64,000 bases of DNA. It comes from an uncultured Bacilli bacterium (GTDB lineage: Bacteria > Bacillota_I > Bacilli_A > RF39 > UBA660). The DNA is taken from contig CAKOMD010000002.1 of NCBI GenBank assembly GCA_934096555.1, positions 3,128 to 67,127 of the forward strand, read 5' to 3'. Below, piece by piece: positions 38,378 through 46,632 of this stretch. The position numbers were made by a program, and so were the translations under genes. A model generated the notes under the pieces. The model was not told the origin of the DNA and searched no databases. It saw only the letters and a list, made by a program, of their open reading frames with translations. Within the stretch, counting starts at the first letter, position 1, and the number at the start of each line of letters is the position of its first letter.

Positions 38378-39403
38378 ATGAATAATATAACAATTGGTAA
38401 TGAAAAAAATATTTTATTTTATAGTGATGAAAACGGGCAAACAAAAGTAGAAGTAATTCTTCAAGATGAAAATGTTTGGTTAAATGCAAATGCAATAGCT
38501 ACTCTTTTTGATGTACAAAGACCTGCTGTTGTAAAGCATATAAATAATATATACAATGATGAAGAATTAAGTAAGGAGTCAACTTGTTCCATTTTGGAAC
38601 AAGTTCAAGTAGAGGGAACCCGAAGTGTTAAAAGGCAAAAGGAATATTATAATCTGGATATGATTATTTCTATCGGATTTAGAGTTAATTCTAAAAAAGC
38701 AATTAAATTTAGAACTTGGGCGAATGAGATAATTAAAGATTACATGATACAAGGTTTTGCACTTGATGATGATAGATTTATGAAGGCAAGAAAAACAGAT
38801 CAAGAATATTTTAAAAGACTACTTGAAAGAATAAAATTAATTCGCACTAGTGAAAGAATGTTTTATCAGAAAATTACAGATATCTTTGCTGAGTGTTCTA
38901 TTGATTATGATAAAAATAGCGATATTGCAAAGGATTTTTATGCAACTATTCAAAATAAATTTCATTATGCTATTACTGGAAATACTGCTGCTGAAATTAT
39001 TTATAATAGAGTTGATAGTCAAAAAGTGAATATGGGATTAACAAATTGGAATAAATCTCCTGATGGAAAAATCTTAAAATCAGATGTTTGTATTGCTAAA
39101 AATTATTTAGATGTAAAAGAAATAAAAAATTTAAATAATTTGGTGAACTTGTTTTTAGATATTGCAGAGAATAATGCGGAAAGAAACTTACCAATGAGTA
39201 TGAAAGATTGGAAGAATGAAGTAGAAATATCTTTAAACTTATTTCATTATGAAGTATTAGAAGGTAAAGGTAAAATTTCTGCTGAAAAGGCAAAACAAAA
39301 AGCAGAAAGTGAATATGAAAAATACAAAATTATACAAGATAAAAAATTTGTTTCTGATTTTGATAAATTACTAATTGAAACAGAAAAAATAGATAATCAT
39401 TAG
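38378..39403 (+). CDS. RhuM-family protein (intact)
   Basis: 341 aa with ...VWLNANAIATLFDVQRPAVVKHINNIY..., YYNLDMIISIGFRVNSKKAIKFRTWANEIIKDYMIQGFALDDDRF and ...FYQKITDIFAECSIDYD.... This is the typical RhuM family core. Confidence 0.85.
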   Translation: MNNITIGNEKNILFYSDENGQTKVEVILQDENVWLNANAIATLFDVQRPAVVKHINNIYNDEELSKESTCSILEQVQVEGTRSVKRQKEYYNLDMIISIGFRVNSKKAIKFRTWANEIIKDYMIQGFALDDDRFMKARKTDQEYFKRLLERIKLIRTSERMFYQKITDIFAECSIDYDKNSDIAKDFYATIQNKFHYAITGNTAAEIIYNRVDSQKVNMGLTNWNKSPDGKILKSDVCIAKNYLDVKEIKNLNNLVNLFLDIAENNAERNLPMSMKDWKNEVEISLNLFHYEVLEGKGKISAEKAKQKAESEYEKYKIIQDKKFVSDFDKLLIETEKIDNH

Positions 39404-39462
39404 TAATAATTACACGATAATTTGAATTAATTTTAATAAAAAAATATAGGAGGTGAATAACT
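38378..39462 (+). mobile_element. possible single-gene insertion cassette (RhuM-family gene) bounded by ~98-nt direct repeats of the uvrB start region
   Basis: Direct repeats at ~38269-38366 and ~39452-39551 (GGTGA.TAACTATGTTTGAACTAATATCAAAATATAAACCAGCTGGTGATCAGCCTGA...) show only a handful of mismatches. No recombinase gene is present. Confidence 0.35.
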
Positions 39463-41412
39463 ATGTTTGAACTAATATCAAAATATAAACCAGCTGGTGA
39501 TCAGCCTGAGGCTATTAAAGAATTAGTAGATGGTATAAACGAAGGTAAAAGAGATCAAGTATTACTAGGAGCAACTGGTACAGGTAAAACATTTACTATA
39601 GCCAATGTTATAGCTAGTGTAAATAAACCAACACTAGTACTTGCTCATAATAAAACTCTCGCGGGTCAACTTTATGCAGAATTTAAAGAATTATTTCCAA
39701 ATAATAAAGTAGAACTATTTATTTCCTATTATGACTATTACCAGCCTGAAGCCTATGTACCTAGTTCCGATACCTATATAGAAAAAGATTCATCAATAAA
39801 TGATGAAATAGATGAATTAAGACATAGAGCTACATCAAGTTTAATATCTAGAAATGATGTCATAGTGGTAGCCTCAGTATCATGTATATATGGAATAGGT
39901 GAAGTAGAAGAATATCGTAAGAAGATGTTAACTCTTAATGTCGGTGATACTACTCCAAGAGATGATGTATTAAAGAAATTAGTAGAAATGTTATATGAAA
40001 GAAATGACTTTGATTTAAAAAGAGGCACTTTCAGAGTAAGAGGAGACTCTCTTGAAATAATACCTGCGAATGAAAGAACTAATGGTTTGCTAATAGAGTG
40101 GTTTGGTGACGAAATAGATCGTATTAGCGAAGTAGATACTGTAACAGGACATATTCTAAAAGATAAAAAGACAGTCTCTATCTTCGCGGCATCTCACTTT
40201 GTTACTGATGAAGAAAAACTAAAGATAAGTATTGATAGGATATTAAAAGAAAAAGACGAAAGAGTAAAATACTTTAAAGAAAACAATAAATTAATCGAAG
40301 CTCAAAGAATAGAAGAAAGAGTTAACTATGATATGGAAATGCTTTCTGAAACAGGTTTCTGCAGAGGTATTGAAAACTATTCTAGACATATTGCTCTAAA
40401 AGAAGAAGGAGTACCACCATGTACCTTAATAGATTTCTTTCCCAAAGATTTCCTACTTGTAATAGATGAATCTCATGTAAGTATTCCTCAGGTAAGGGCT
40501 ATGTATAATGGAGATAGAGCAAGAAAAATGAACCTTGTAGACTATGGTTTTAGACTACCTAGTGCTCTAGATAATAGACCTCTTAAATTTGAAGAGTTTG
40601 AAAGTAAACTAAATAATGTTATATATGTTAGTGCTACTCCTGGTGATTATGAACTAGGAAGAACGGGTAACCACTATATCCAGCAGATTATTCGTCCAAC
40701 AGGACTACTTGATCCAAAGATTGAAGTAAGACCTACTAAAAACCAAATAGATAATTTACTTGAAGAAATAGAAAAGAATAATAGTGCTAATGAAAGAACA
40801 ATTATTACTACCCTTACTATTCGTATGGCCGAAGAATTAACTAACTATTTAAAGAGTCTAGATATCAAAGTAGCCTATTTACATAATGAAGTAAAATCAT
40901 TAGAAAGATTAAAAATAATAAGAGACTTAAGACTAGGTAAGTATGATGTTCTCGTAGGTATCAATCTATTAAGAGAAGGACTAGATATACCTGAAGTATC
41001 TCTAATAGCCATTATGGATGCTGATAAACAAGGCTTCCTACGTAGTACCAGAAGTTTAATTCAAACCATTGGAAGAGCTGCTAGAAACGCTAAAGGTAGG
41101 GTAATAATGTATGCAGATACTATATCTGATAGTATGAATGAAGCCATTACTGAGACCGAAAGAAGAAGAACTATACAGGAAGAATATAATAGAGTACATA
41201 ACATTATACCAAAGACTATTATCAAAGAAATACCTGAAGTAGTATCAAATGAAATAGAAGTAAAACCAAAGAAAGAAAAGAAACTAACTAAAGAAGAAAA
41301 ACTATCTATGATTGAAGATTTAACTAAAGAAATGAAAGAAGCCGCTGGTAACTTAGACTTTGAAAGAGCTATGGGGCTTAGAGATATAATATTTGAATTA
41401 GAAAGCGAATAA
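39463..41412 (+). CDS. uvrB: excinuclease ABC subunit B
   Basis: [36 protein letters not shown] and the helicase motifs are present, with a C-terminal UVR domain ([16 protein letters not shown]). 649 aa. Confidence 0.97.
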   Translation: MFELISKYKPAGDQPEAIKELVDGINEGKRDQVLLGATGTGKTFTIANVIASVNKPTLVLAHNKTLAGQLYAEFKELFPNNKVELFISYYDYYQPEAYVPSSDTYIEKDSSINDEIDELRHRATSSLISRNDVIVVASVSCIYGIGEVEEYRKKMLTLNVGDTTPRDDVLKKLVEMLYERNDFDLKRGTFRVRGDSLEIIPANERTNGLLIEWFGDEIDRISEVDTVTGHILKDKKTVSIFAASHFVTDEEKLKISIDRILKEKDERVKYFKENNKLIEAQRIEERVNYDMEMLSETGFCRGIENYSRHIALKEEGVPPCTLIDFFPKDFLLVIDESHVSIPQVRAMYNGDRARKMNLVDYGFRLPSALDNRPLKFEEFESKLNNVIYVSATPGDYELGRTGNHYIQQIIRPTGLLDPKIEVRPTKNQIDNLLEEIEKNNSANERTIITTLTIRMAEELTNYLKSLDIKVAYLHNEVKSLERLKIIRDLRLGKYDVLVGINLLREGLDIPEVSLIAIMDADKQGFLRSTRSLIQTIGRAARNAKGRVIMYADTISDSMNEAITETERRRTIQEEYNRVHNIIPKTIIKEIPEVVSNEIEVKPKKEKKLTKEEKLSMIEDLTKEMKEAAGNLDFERAMGLRDIIFELESE

Positions 41413-41426
41413 TACTTTCTTTTCTT

Positions 41427-41630
41427 TTAACAGCCAAATATTAACCAAAATCCCAAACATATAAGCGCAGCATACTCTATAAGAAGTATAAATACATTAC
41501 CAAAACAAGGTGCAAACAAAGTAATTAACATCTGATAAAAAGTAATAATCATAAGTATGATAACCATAACAAGAAAAAATAACTTCCATCCGGCACATAA
41601 CCTAAAAAAATTAAAAAAGTTATTAAACAT
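41427..41630 (-). CDS. small hydrophobic membrane protein (putative)
   Basis: ~67 aa with two or three hydrophobic helices. The internal ATG behind AGGTGA is preferred over the GTG track start. No recognisable family. Confidence 0.35.
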   Translation of the reverse strand: MFNNFFNFFRLCAGWKLFFLVMVIILMIITFYQMLITLFAPCFGNVFILLIEYAALICLGFWLIFGC

Positions 41631-41749
41631 TACTATCACCTATAATAGTTTATGAATACATAATAAAAATGCTAATGTAAAGTTTAATAAATACTCTTGT
41701 TAAATAATTTAAATTATGGTAGAATAAAATTGTAATAGAGGTGATATAG

Positions 41750-41995
41750 ATGGATAGTAATACTACAATACATTTTGATATATCAGAAGTAAATGATGAA
41801 GTTGTTAAAAGTACCCTTCGTGATGTTCTTGAATCCCTTGAAGAGAGAGGATATAATCCAATTAACCAAATAGTAGGATATATAATATCTGGTGATTTAG
41901 GTTATATCTCTTCATATAAAGAAGCACGAAATAAAATAGCCAAGATAGATCGTACTGTACTAGTAGAAGTACTACTTAAGAATTATTTAAAATGA
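41750..41995 (+). CDS. IreB-family regulatory phosphoprotein (UPF0297)
   Basis: 81 aa with ...VLESLEERGYNPINQIVGYIISGDLGYISSYKEARNKI..., which is characteristic of UPF0297/IreB. It lies upstream of ruvX, as in many Firmicutes. Confidence 0.8.
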   Translation: MDSNTTIHFDISEVNDEVVKSTLRDVLESLEERGYNPINQIVGYIISGDLGYISSYKEARNKIAKIDRTVLVEVLLKNYLK

Positions 41996-42417
41996 GATAT
42001 TTAGGAATAGATTTAGGTAGTAAGACAGTAGGCCTTGCTATGTCTGATACAACCTTAACAATTGCATCTACTTACAAAACTATATTCTTTAAAGATGAAG
42101 ATTATAGGAGCACTATTAGCGAAATAAAAGATATTATTAAAGAATACAATATTACCAAAATAATATTAGGTCTTCCCAAGAATATGAATAATACCTTAGG
42201 AGAACGTGCCGAGATAACATTAAAATATAAAGAACTACTTGAACAGTCTACTGGTCTTCCTGTCGTAATGTTTGATGAAAGACTAACTTCAGTAATATCG
42301 AATAGCATCCTAATCGAGGCTGATATGTCTCGTAAAAAGAGAAAGAAAAAAGTAGATAGTATTGCCGCTCAAATAATATTACAAGACTATTTAAATAAGG
42401 AGAAAAGCAATGGATAA
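41992..42417 (+). CDS. ruvX: Holliday junction resolvase-like RuvX (YqgF)
   Basis: LGIDLGSKTVGLAMSD, LGLPKNMNNT.GERA and DERLTS are present. 141 aa. Its start overlaps the upstream TGA (ATGA). Confidence 0.9.
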   Translation: MRYLGIDLGSKTVGLAMSDTTLTIASTYKTIFFKDEDYRSTISEIKDIIKEYNITKIILGLPKNMNNTLGERAEITLKYKELLEQSTGLPVVMFDERLTSVISNSILIEADMSRKKRKKKVDSIAAQIILQDYLNKEKSNG

Positions 42418-42697
42418 AGAAAATAAATTTAAAGTAATAGATAAAGATGGAAAAGAAATAGAATTTGAAGTACTATTTACTTTTGAATCAGACGAAACAA
42501 AGAAGAATTATATGGTTTATACTGATAATAGTACTGATGAAGAAGGTAATGTTAGAGTATATGCTAGTGTATTTAAACCTGATGCTGAACCGCTAGAACT
42601 ATTACCAGTAGAAACAGAAAGAGAATGGAAAATAATAGAAACAATACTAGATTCCATTCAAGAAGAAAACAAAAAGAATAGTGAAGAAAGTAATTAA
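42410..42697 (+). CDS. DUF1292 family protein
   Basis: 95 aa, acidic, with the ...DGKEIEFEVLFTFE....NYMVYTD... pattern. It sits between ruvX and mltG in the usual conserved order. Confidence 0.7.
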   Translation: MDKENKFKVIDKDGKEIEFEVLFTFESDETKKNYMVYTDNSTDEEGNVRVYASVFKPDAEPLELLPVETEREWKIIETILDSIQEENKKNSEESN

Positions 42698-42720
42698 TTA
42701 CTTTTTTTCATGGAGGTATT

Positions 42721-43797
42721 ATGAAGAATTTTAGAAATATGGCAATAATATTACTCGTAGTATTTACTACTGTAATACTTGCTTTAGGGGTATATTATAA
42801 AGTAAATATGGCTGGTACATCTAGTTCTGATACTAAGAAGATAGTAAATATTGAAGAGGGTACTATTAATGATATAGCAAAGACTTTAAAAGATAATAAT
42901 CTTATTAAGAATGTATCTATATTTAAAGTATATATAAAACTAACTAATAAGACTAATCTAAAAGCAGGCACTTATGAATTATCTGAAAATATGGGCGTTG
43001 AAAAGATTGTGAAGATCCTTGAAGAAGGTACTAAGTATAATCCTAATGAGATATCTATTACTTTTAAAGAGGGAATTAATATAAGAAAGATAGCTACATT
43101 AATTAGTGAAAGTACTAATAATAGTTATGACGATGTCATAAAGAAAGCATCTGACGAAACATTTATAGATACTTTAATAGATAAGTACTGGTTTTTGACT
43201 GAGGATATTAAAAATAAGAATATTTATTATAGCTTAGAGGGGTATTTATTTCCTGATACTTATAGATTTAATAATAGGGAAGTAACTACTGAGGAAATAT
43301 TTACTAAGATGTTAGATGAAATGGATAAGAAATTATCTAAATATAAAGATGAAATTAATAAGAGTGATTTAAGCATACATGAGATAATTACTTTGGCCTC
43401 TATTGTTGAGTTAGAAGGGGCTAAAGCTACTGATCGAAAGGGAGTAGCAGGCGTCTTTTATAACAGACTTGCTAGCAGTGCTTATCCTACTTTAGGTAGT
43501 GATGCTACTACTTATTATGCATCAAAGATCGACGATTGGAGTTATAGTTTAACTTATAAAGAACTTAATGACTGCAAGAACAAATACAATACTAGATGTA
43601 GTAGTAATACTGGTCTTCCGGTAGGACCAATATGTAATCCTGGTCTTGAATCTATTGAGGCTACGATTAATCCAGATAAACATGAATATTATTACTTTGT
43701 TGCAGATTGTAATGGTAAAGTATACTTAACTAAGAATAGTACTGAACATAATAATATAATTAATAAATTAAAAAAAGAGAATAACTGGTGTGCTTAA
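42721..43797 (+). CDS. mltG: endolytic murein transglycosylase MltG (YceG-like)
   Basis: N-terminal TM helix. LEGYLFPDTY, ASIVELEG, VFYNRL, LGSDATTYY and NTR...GLPVGPICNPG are present. Confidence 0.9.
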   Translation: MKNFRNMAIILLVVFTTVILALGVYYKVNMAGTSSSDTKKIVNIEEGTINDIAKTLKDNNLIKNVSIFKVYIKLTNKTNLKAGTYELSENMGVEKIVKILEEGTKYNPNEISITFKEGINIRKIATLISESTNNSYDDVIKKASDETFIDTLIDKYWFLTEDIKNKNIYYSLEGYLFPDTYRFNNREVTTEEIFTKMLDEMDKKLSKYKDEINKSDLSIHEIITLASIVELEGAKATDRKGVAGVFYNRLASSAYPTLGSDATTYYASKIDDWSYSLTYKELNDCKNKYNTRCSSNTGLPVGPICNPGLESIEATINPDKHEYYYFVADCNGKVYLTKNSTEHNNIINKLKKENNWCA

Positions 43798-43816
43798 GTT
43801 ATTCTTCTTTTATTTT

Positions 43817-43870
43817 CCCCTTAAGCCTATAGTCTTGCGGGGCATTATGAAGCCTAGGGTCTTCATAATG
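43817..43870 (+). repeat. paired-hairpin intergenic element, locus 4
   Basis: CCCCTTAAG-CCTATAGT-CTTGCGGGG (43817-42, two imperfect stem pairs) is directly followed by CATTATGAAG-CCTAGGGT-CTTCATAATG (43843-70). It starts 19 nt after the mltG stop. Confidence 0.8.
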
Positions 43871-43926
43871 AAATATTTTGTTTAAATTAGCTATTTATAT
43901 GATATACTTGTATTAGGGGGAAAATT

Positions 43927-45069
43927 ATGGGTAACGAATTATCAAAAGAGCAATTAGAACAAATGATAACTATATTTAATTATAAATATGCTAAAGCAAA
44001 TACTAAGTCTAAAAAGAAATTAATAGCTAGCGATCTAATTCTATTATCGTCAATGTGCGAAAAGTACTTTTCTAATTTTGAATTTGATATATCCTGGAAT
44101 AATGACAATACCCTATGTTGTGATGCAATATTAGCTTATTGTAAATTTATAACAAATGCTTCAGGCAATCGAGAAAAGTACTTAAAAATATTTAAGTCTT
44201 CACTAAAACAAATATTAAGTACAAGTCCTAAATTTTATAAGTACTATGGTAAAACATATTCAAGACATTCCACGGCGGATTTAGAAGAAATATTTTGTGA
44301 CTTTTTAAATACATTTAGTCCTAAATTATGTAATGAATATAGAAGTATGAGAGATAAGGGGAATATTTTTGCTGTATCAACTGACGAAGATTATACTGGT
44401 GAAAATTATGCGTTTTCAACTTTAAACGATACCATGATATTACTAGACGAAACTTTAGATGATAGTATAGAACTATATACCGTATTAAGTCATGAACTTG
44501 GTCATAGTTATGAAGCAAAACTATACTTAAATAATCATAAAATGCGTGACTATGATAAAATAATGAATAGTCCATTTTATGAAGTATCGTCAATCTTTTT
44601 AGAATATGCTTATATTAATTATCTTATAGAAAACAATATATACAGGGAAGAAAATAATATGCTTTTACATGGTTATATAATAGATTTATTAACAGATAGT
44701 CTATATGCAGTAGCAATACTTAGAAATCCTAGTATTATAGATGATGTTGACGACGAAATGATAATCAGTATTGAAAAAAGTAAGTATTATCTAGAGAGTA
44801 TTCAAAGAGATTATAATATGCATATTATTCCTGAGGATAATAAAGTATCATTAAGCGATACACTTATATATGGTTTTGGTAAGTTATTTAGTATCTATAT
44901 GTATGAAAATTATAAGAAGGATCCTAAATATTTTATGAAAGAATTTAATAAAGCACTATTAGATTATTCGCTTACTGAAGATATGTCTTCATTTGCTAGA
45001 GTAGGAGTGTCTTATAATAAAATAAAGAAAGGCGATGCCTTAAAAAGAGTACTAACTAAAATTAATTAG
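43927..45069 (+). CDS. putative gluzincin-type (M3-like) metallopeptidase
   Basis: VLSHELGHSYE (HExxH at 44491-44505), with a downstream FYEVSSIFLE that could supply the third ligand. 380 aa, cytoplasmic-looking. Confidence 0.5.
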   Translation: MGNELSKEQLEQMITIFNYKYAKANTKSKKKLIASDLILLSSMCEKYFSNFEFDISWNNDNTLCCDAILAYCKFITNASGNREKYLKIFKSSLKQILSTSPKFYKYYGKTYSRHSTADLEEIFCDFLNTFSPKLCNEYRSMRDKGNIFAVSTDEDYTGENYAFSTLNDTMILLDETLDDSIELYTVLSHELGHSYEAKLYLNNHKMRDYDKIMNSPFYEVSSIFLEYAYINYLIENNIYREENNMLLHGYIIDLLTDSLYAVAILRNPSIIDDVDDEMIISIEKSKYYLESIQRDYNMHIIPEDNKVSLSDTLIYGFGKLFSIYMYENYKKDPKYFMKEFNKALLDYSLTEDMSSFARVGVSYNKIKKGDALKRVLTKIN

Positions 45070-46364
45070 TACTCTTTTACTTTTAAATATTTATATGTAT
45101 AATAAATATGATGAATAGTAACAGTTAATATATTTAATATACTAGATATAATTAAACTCCATAATCCTATCTTTAAATAACTTAGAATAGTTAGACTAAG
45201 TAGTTTGATTATACCGCCATATAAAGTTCCTTTCATGGCTTCTTTGGAGTAGCCCATACCATTTAGACTACTGGTAAGAGGAGCCTGAATATAATGAAGT
45301 AAAAAGAAGGGAGCAGTTACTTTTATATATTCTAGTCCTAGATTAGTATTATATACTAGTTTTAATGGTATATCTGGTATAAAGATAAATATTAAAGTAG
45401 AGGGTACTCCGATAAGTAGTGAGAGGATAATAGCTTCCTTTATTTTCTTTTTAGTATGTAATATATTGCCTCTACTGTAAGAATTAGATACTACTGGTAA
45501 AATTGCAGACGATATAGCTAGGGTAAAGAAACTAGGTAGTAATAATAATGGATATACATAACCATTAATAATACCATATTCTAAAGTAATATAATCACTT
45601 GAGTAGCCAACATATTTAAGTATATTAGTAAGTATAATTGGTTCAAAGAAATAAGTAATAGAACCAATCATTCTTGCGGTAGTAGTGGGTATACTAATAC
45701 CAAGTATCTCTCTAATAATTTTATTATCTTTATGAAAATCTTCTTTAACTATTTTCTCTTTTGGTAAAAAGAAGAGAAGAACAATAATAGAAAAGCCTTC
45801 ACTAAATATATTAATTAGTACAACGAAAGTAATAGCTACAGTAAGACCACGGCTCATCATATTACCAACAATTAATATAGTGAGAATAAGTCTAACTATT
45901 TGTTCGATAATATTAGATAAAGTACAGGGAAAAACTCTTTCTTTACCAAAGAAATATCCTTTAATAATACTAGATACCGCAATAAAAGGAAGAGTAATAC
46001 CAATAGATATTAAAGGATAATATAAATCACTAGTGTGTAATAGATTTTTAGCTAGAATAGGGGATATAATAAATAATATAATGATAAGTAATATATTATA
46101 TATTAGTACTAAGTACATTGTGGGTATAACAATCTTTTTACTACTTTTCTTTCTTTCTGATACCATCTTAGCAATAGCGGTAGGTACACCAAGATTACAT
46201 AAAGTAATAAATAAGTTAAAAGTAGGCAGTACAAGCATATATTTACTAATACCTTCGGTACCAATAGTTCTAGTAAGAACAATCTTAATAGCCATACCAA
46301 GTATTTTCGTAATAAGACCACCAATAATTAATATAATTGTTGATTTAATAAATTTATTTTTCAT
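45066..46364 (-). CDS. MOP-superfamily flippase (polysaccharide biosynthesis / SpoVB / MurJ-like)
   Basis: 432 aa, ~12-14 TM helices, with an N-terminal ...LIIGGLITKILGMAIKIVLTRTIGTEGI... pattern typical of Wzx/SpoVB-type proteins. No clear RBS at the annotated start. Confidence 0.7.
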   Translation of the reverse strand: MKNKFIKSTIILIIGGLITKILGMAIKIVLTRTIGTEGISKYMLVLPTFNLFITLCNLGVPTAIAKMVSERKKSSKKIVIPTMYLVLIYNILLIIILFIISPILAKNLLHTSDLYYPLISIGITLPFIAVSSIIKGYFFGKERVFPCTLSNIIEQIVRLILTILIVGNMMSRGLTVAITFVVLINIFSEGFSIIVLLFFLPKEKIVKEDFHKDNKIIREILGISIPTTTARMIGSITYFFEPIILTNILKYVGYSSDYITLEYGIINGYVYPLLLLPSFFTLAISSAILPVVSNSYSRGNILHTKKKIKEAIILSLLIGVPSTLIFIFIPDIPLKLVYNTNLGLEYIKVTAPFFLLHYIQAPLTSSLNGMGYSKEAMKGTLYGGIIKLLSLTILSYLKIGLWSLIISSILNILTVTIHHIYYTYKYLKVKEY

Positions 46365-46387
46365 AATAAATTATATGATATAGTACT

Positions 46388-46412
46388 AAAAAAAGAAGTA
46401 GATAGTTACTTC
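46388..46412 (-). terminator. terminator downstream of the 71-aa minus-strand ORF
   Basis: AAGAAGTA / TACTTCTT stem. On the minus strand it is followed by a run of seven T. Confidence 0.5.
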
Positions 46413-46416
46413 TTAT

Positions 46417-46632
46417 TTAGTCTTTTACTCCTTCAAGTATTTTTAAGTAAATAGGAGCATTAATAATCAAATTATTAGATTTAATAGCTTCAGTAATAAT
46501 TTCTATTTTAGTTTGATAATCAATATTTTCATACCAACCTATTGGAAATAAATCCTCTTCATTAATATTCTTAAAATGATCTTTATATGCTAGTTCCGCT
46601 AATGTATATAATTCAAATAATTTATCTTCCAT
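46417..46632 (-). CDS. small hypothetical protein (71 aa) overlapping the end of the upstream large gene
   Basis: The ATG is preceded by GAAAGG. It overlaps the 3' end of the 46599..49166 gene by 34 nt. Acidic, with no TM segment. Confidence 0.45.
   Translation of the reverse strand: MEDKLFELYTLAELAYKDHFKNINEEDLFPIGWYENIDYQTKIEIITEAIKSNNLIINAPIYLKILEGVKD

Noticed and set aside
43927-43950. MGNELSK N-terminus as a eukaryotic N-myristoylation signal, suggesting a host-delivered effector. The two proteins at 55721 and 56796 start MGKI.
   Set aside because: GxxxS after Met arises easily by chance. The two MGK proteins violate the consensus (Lys at position 2), and nothing else supports secretion.
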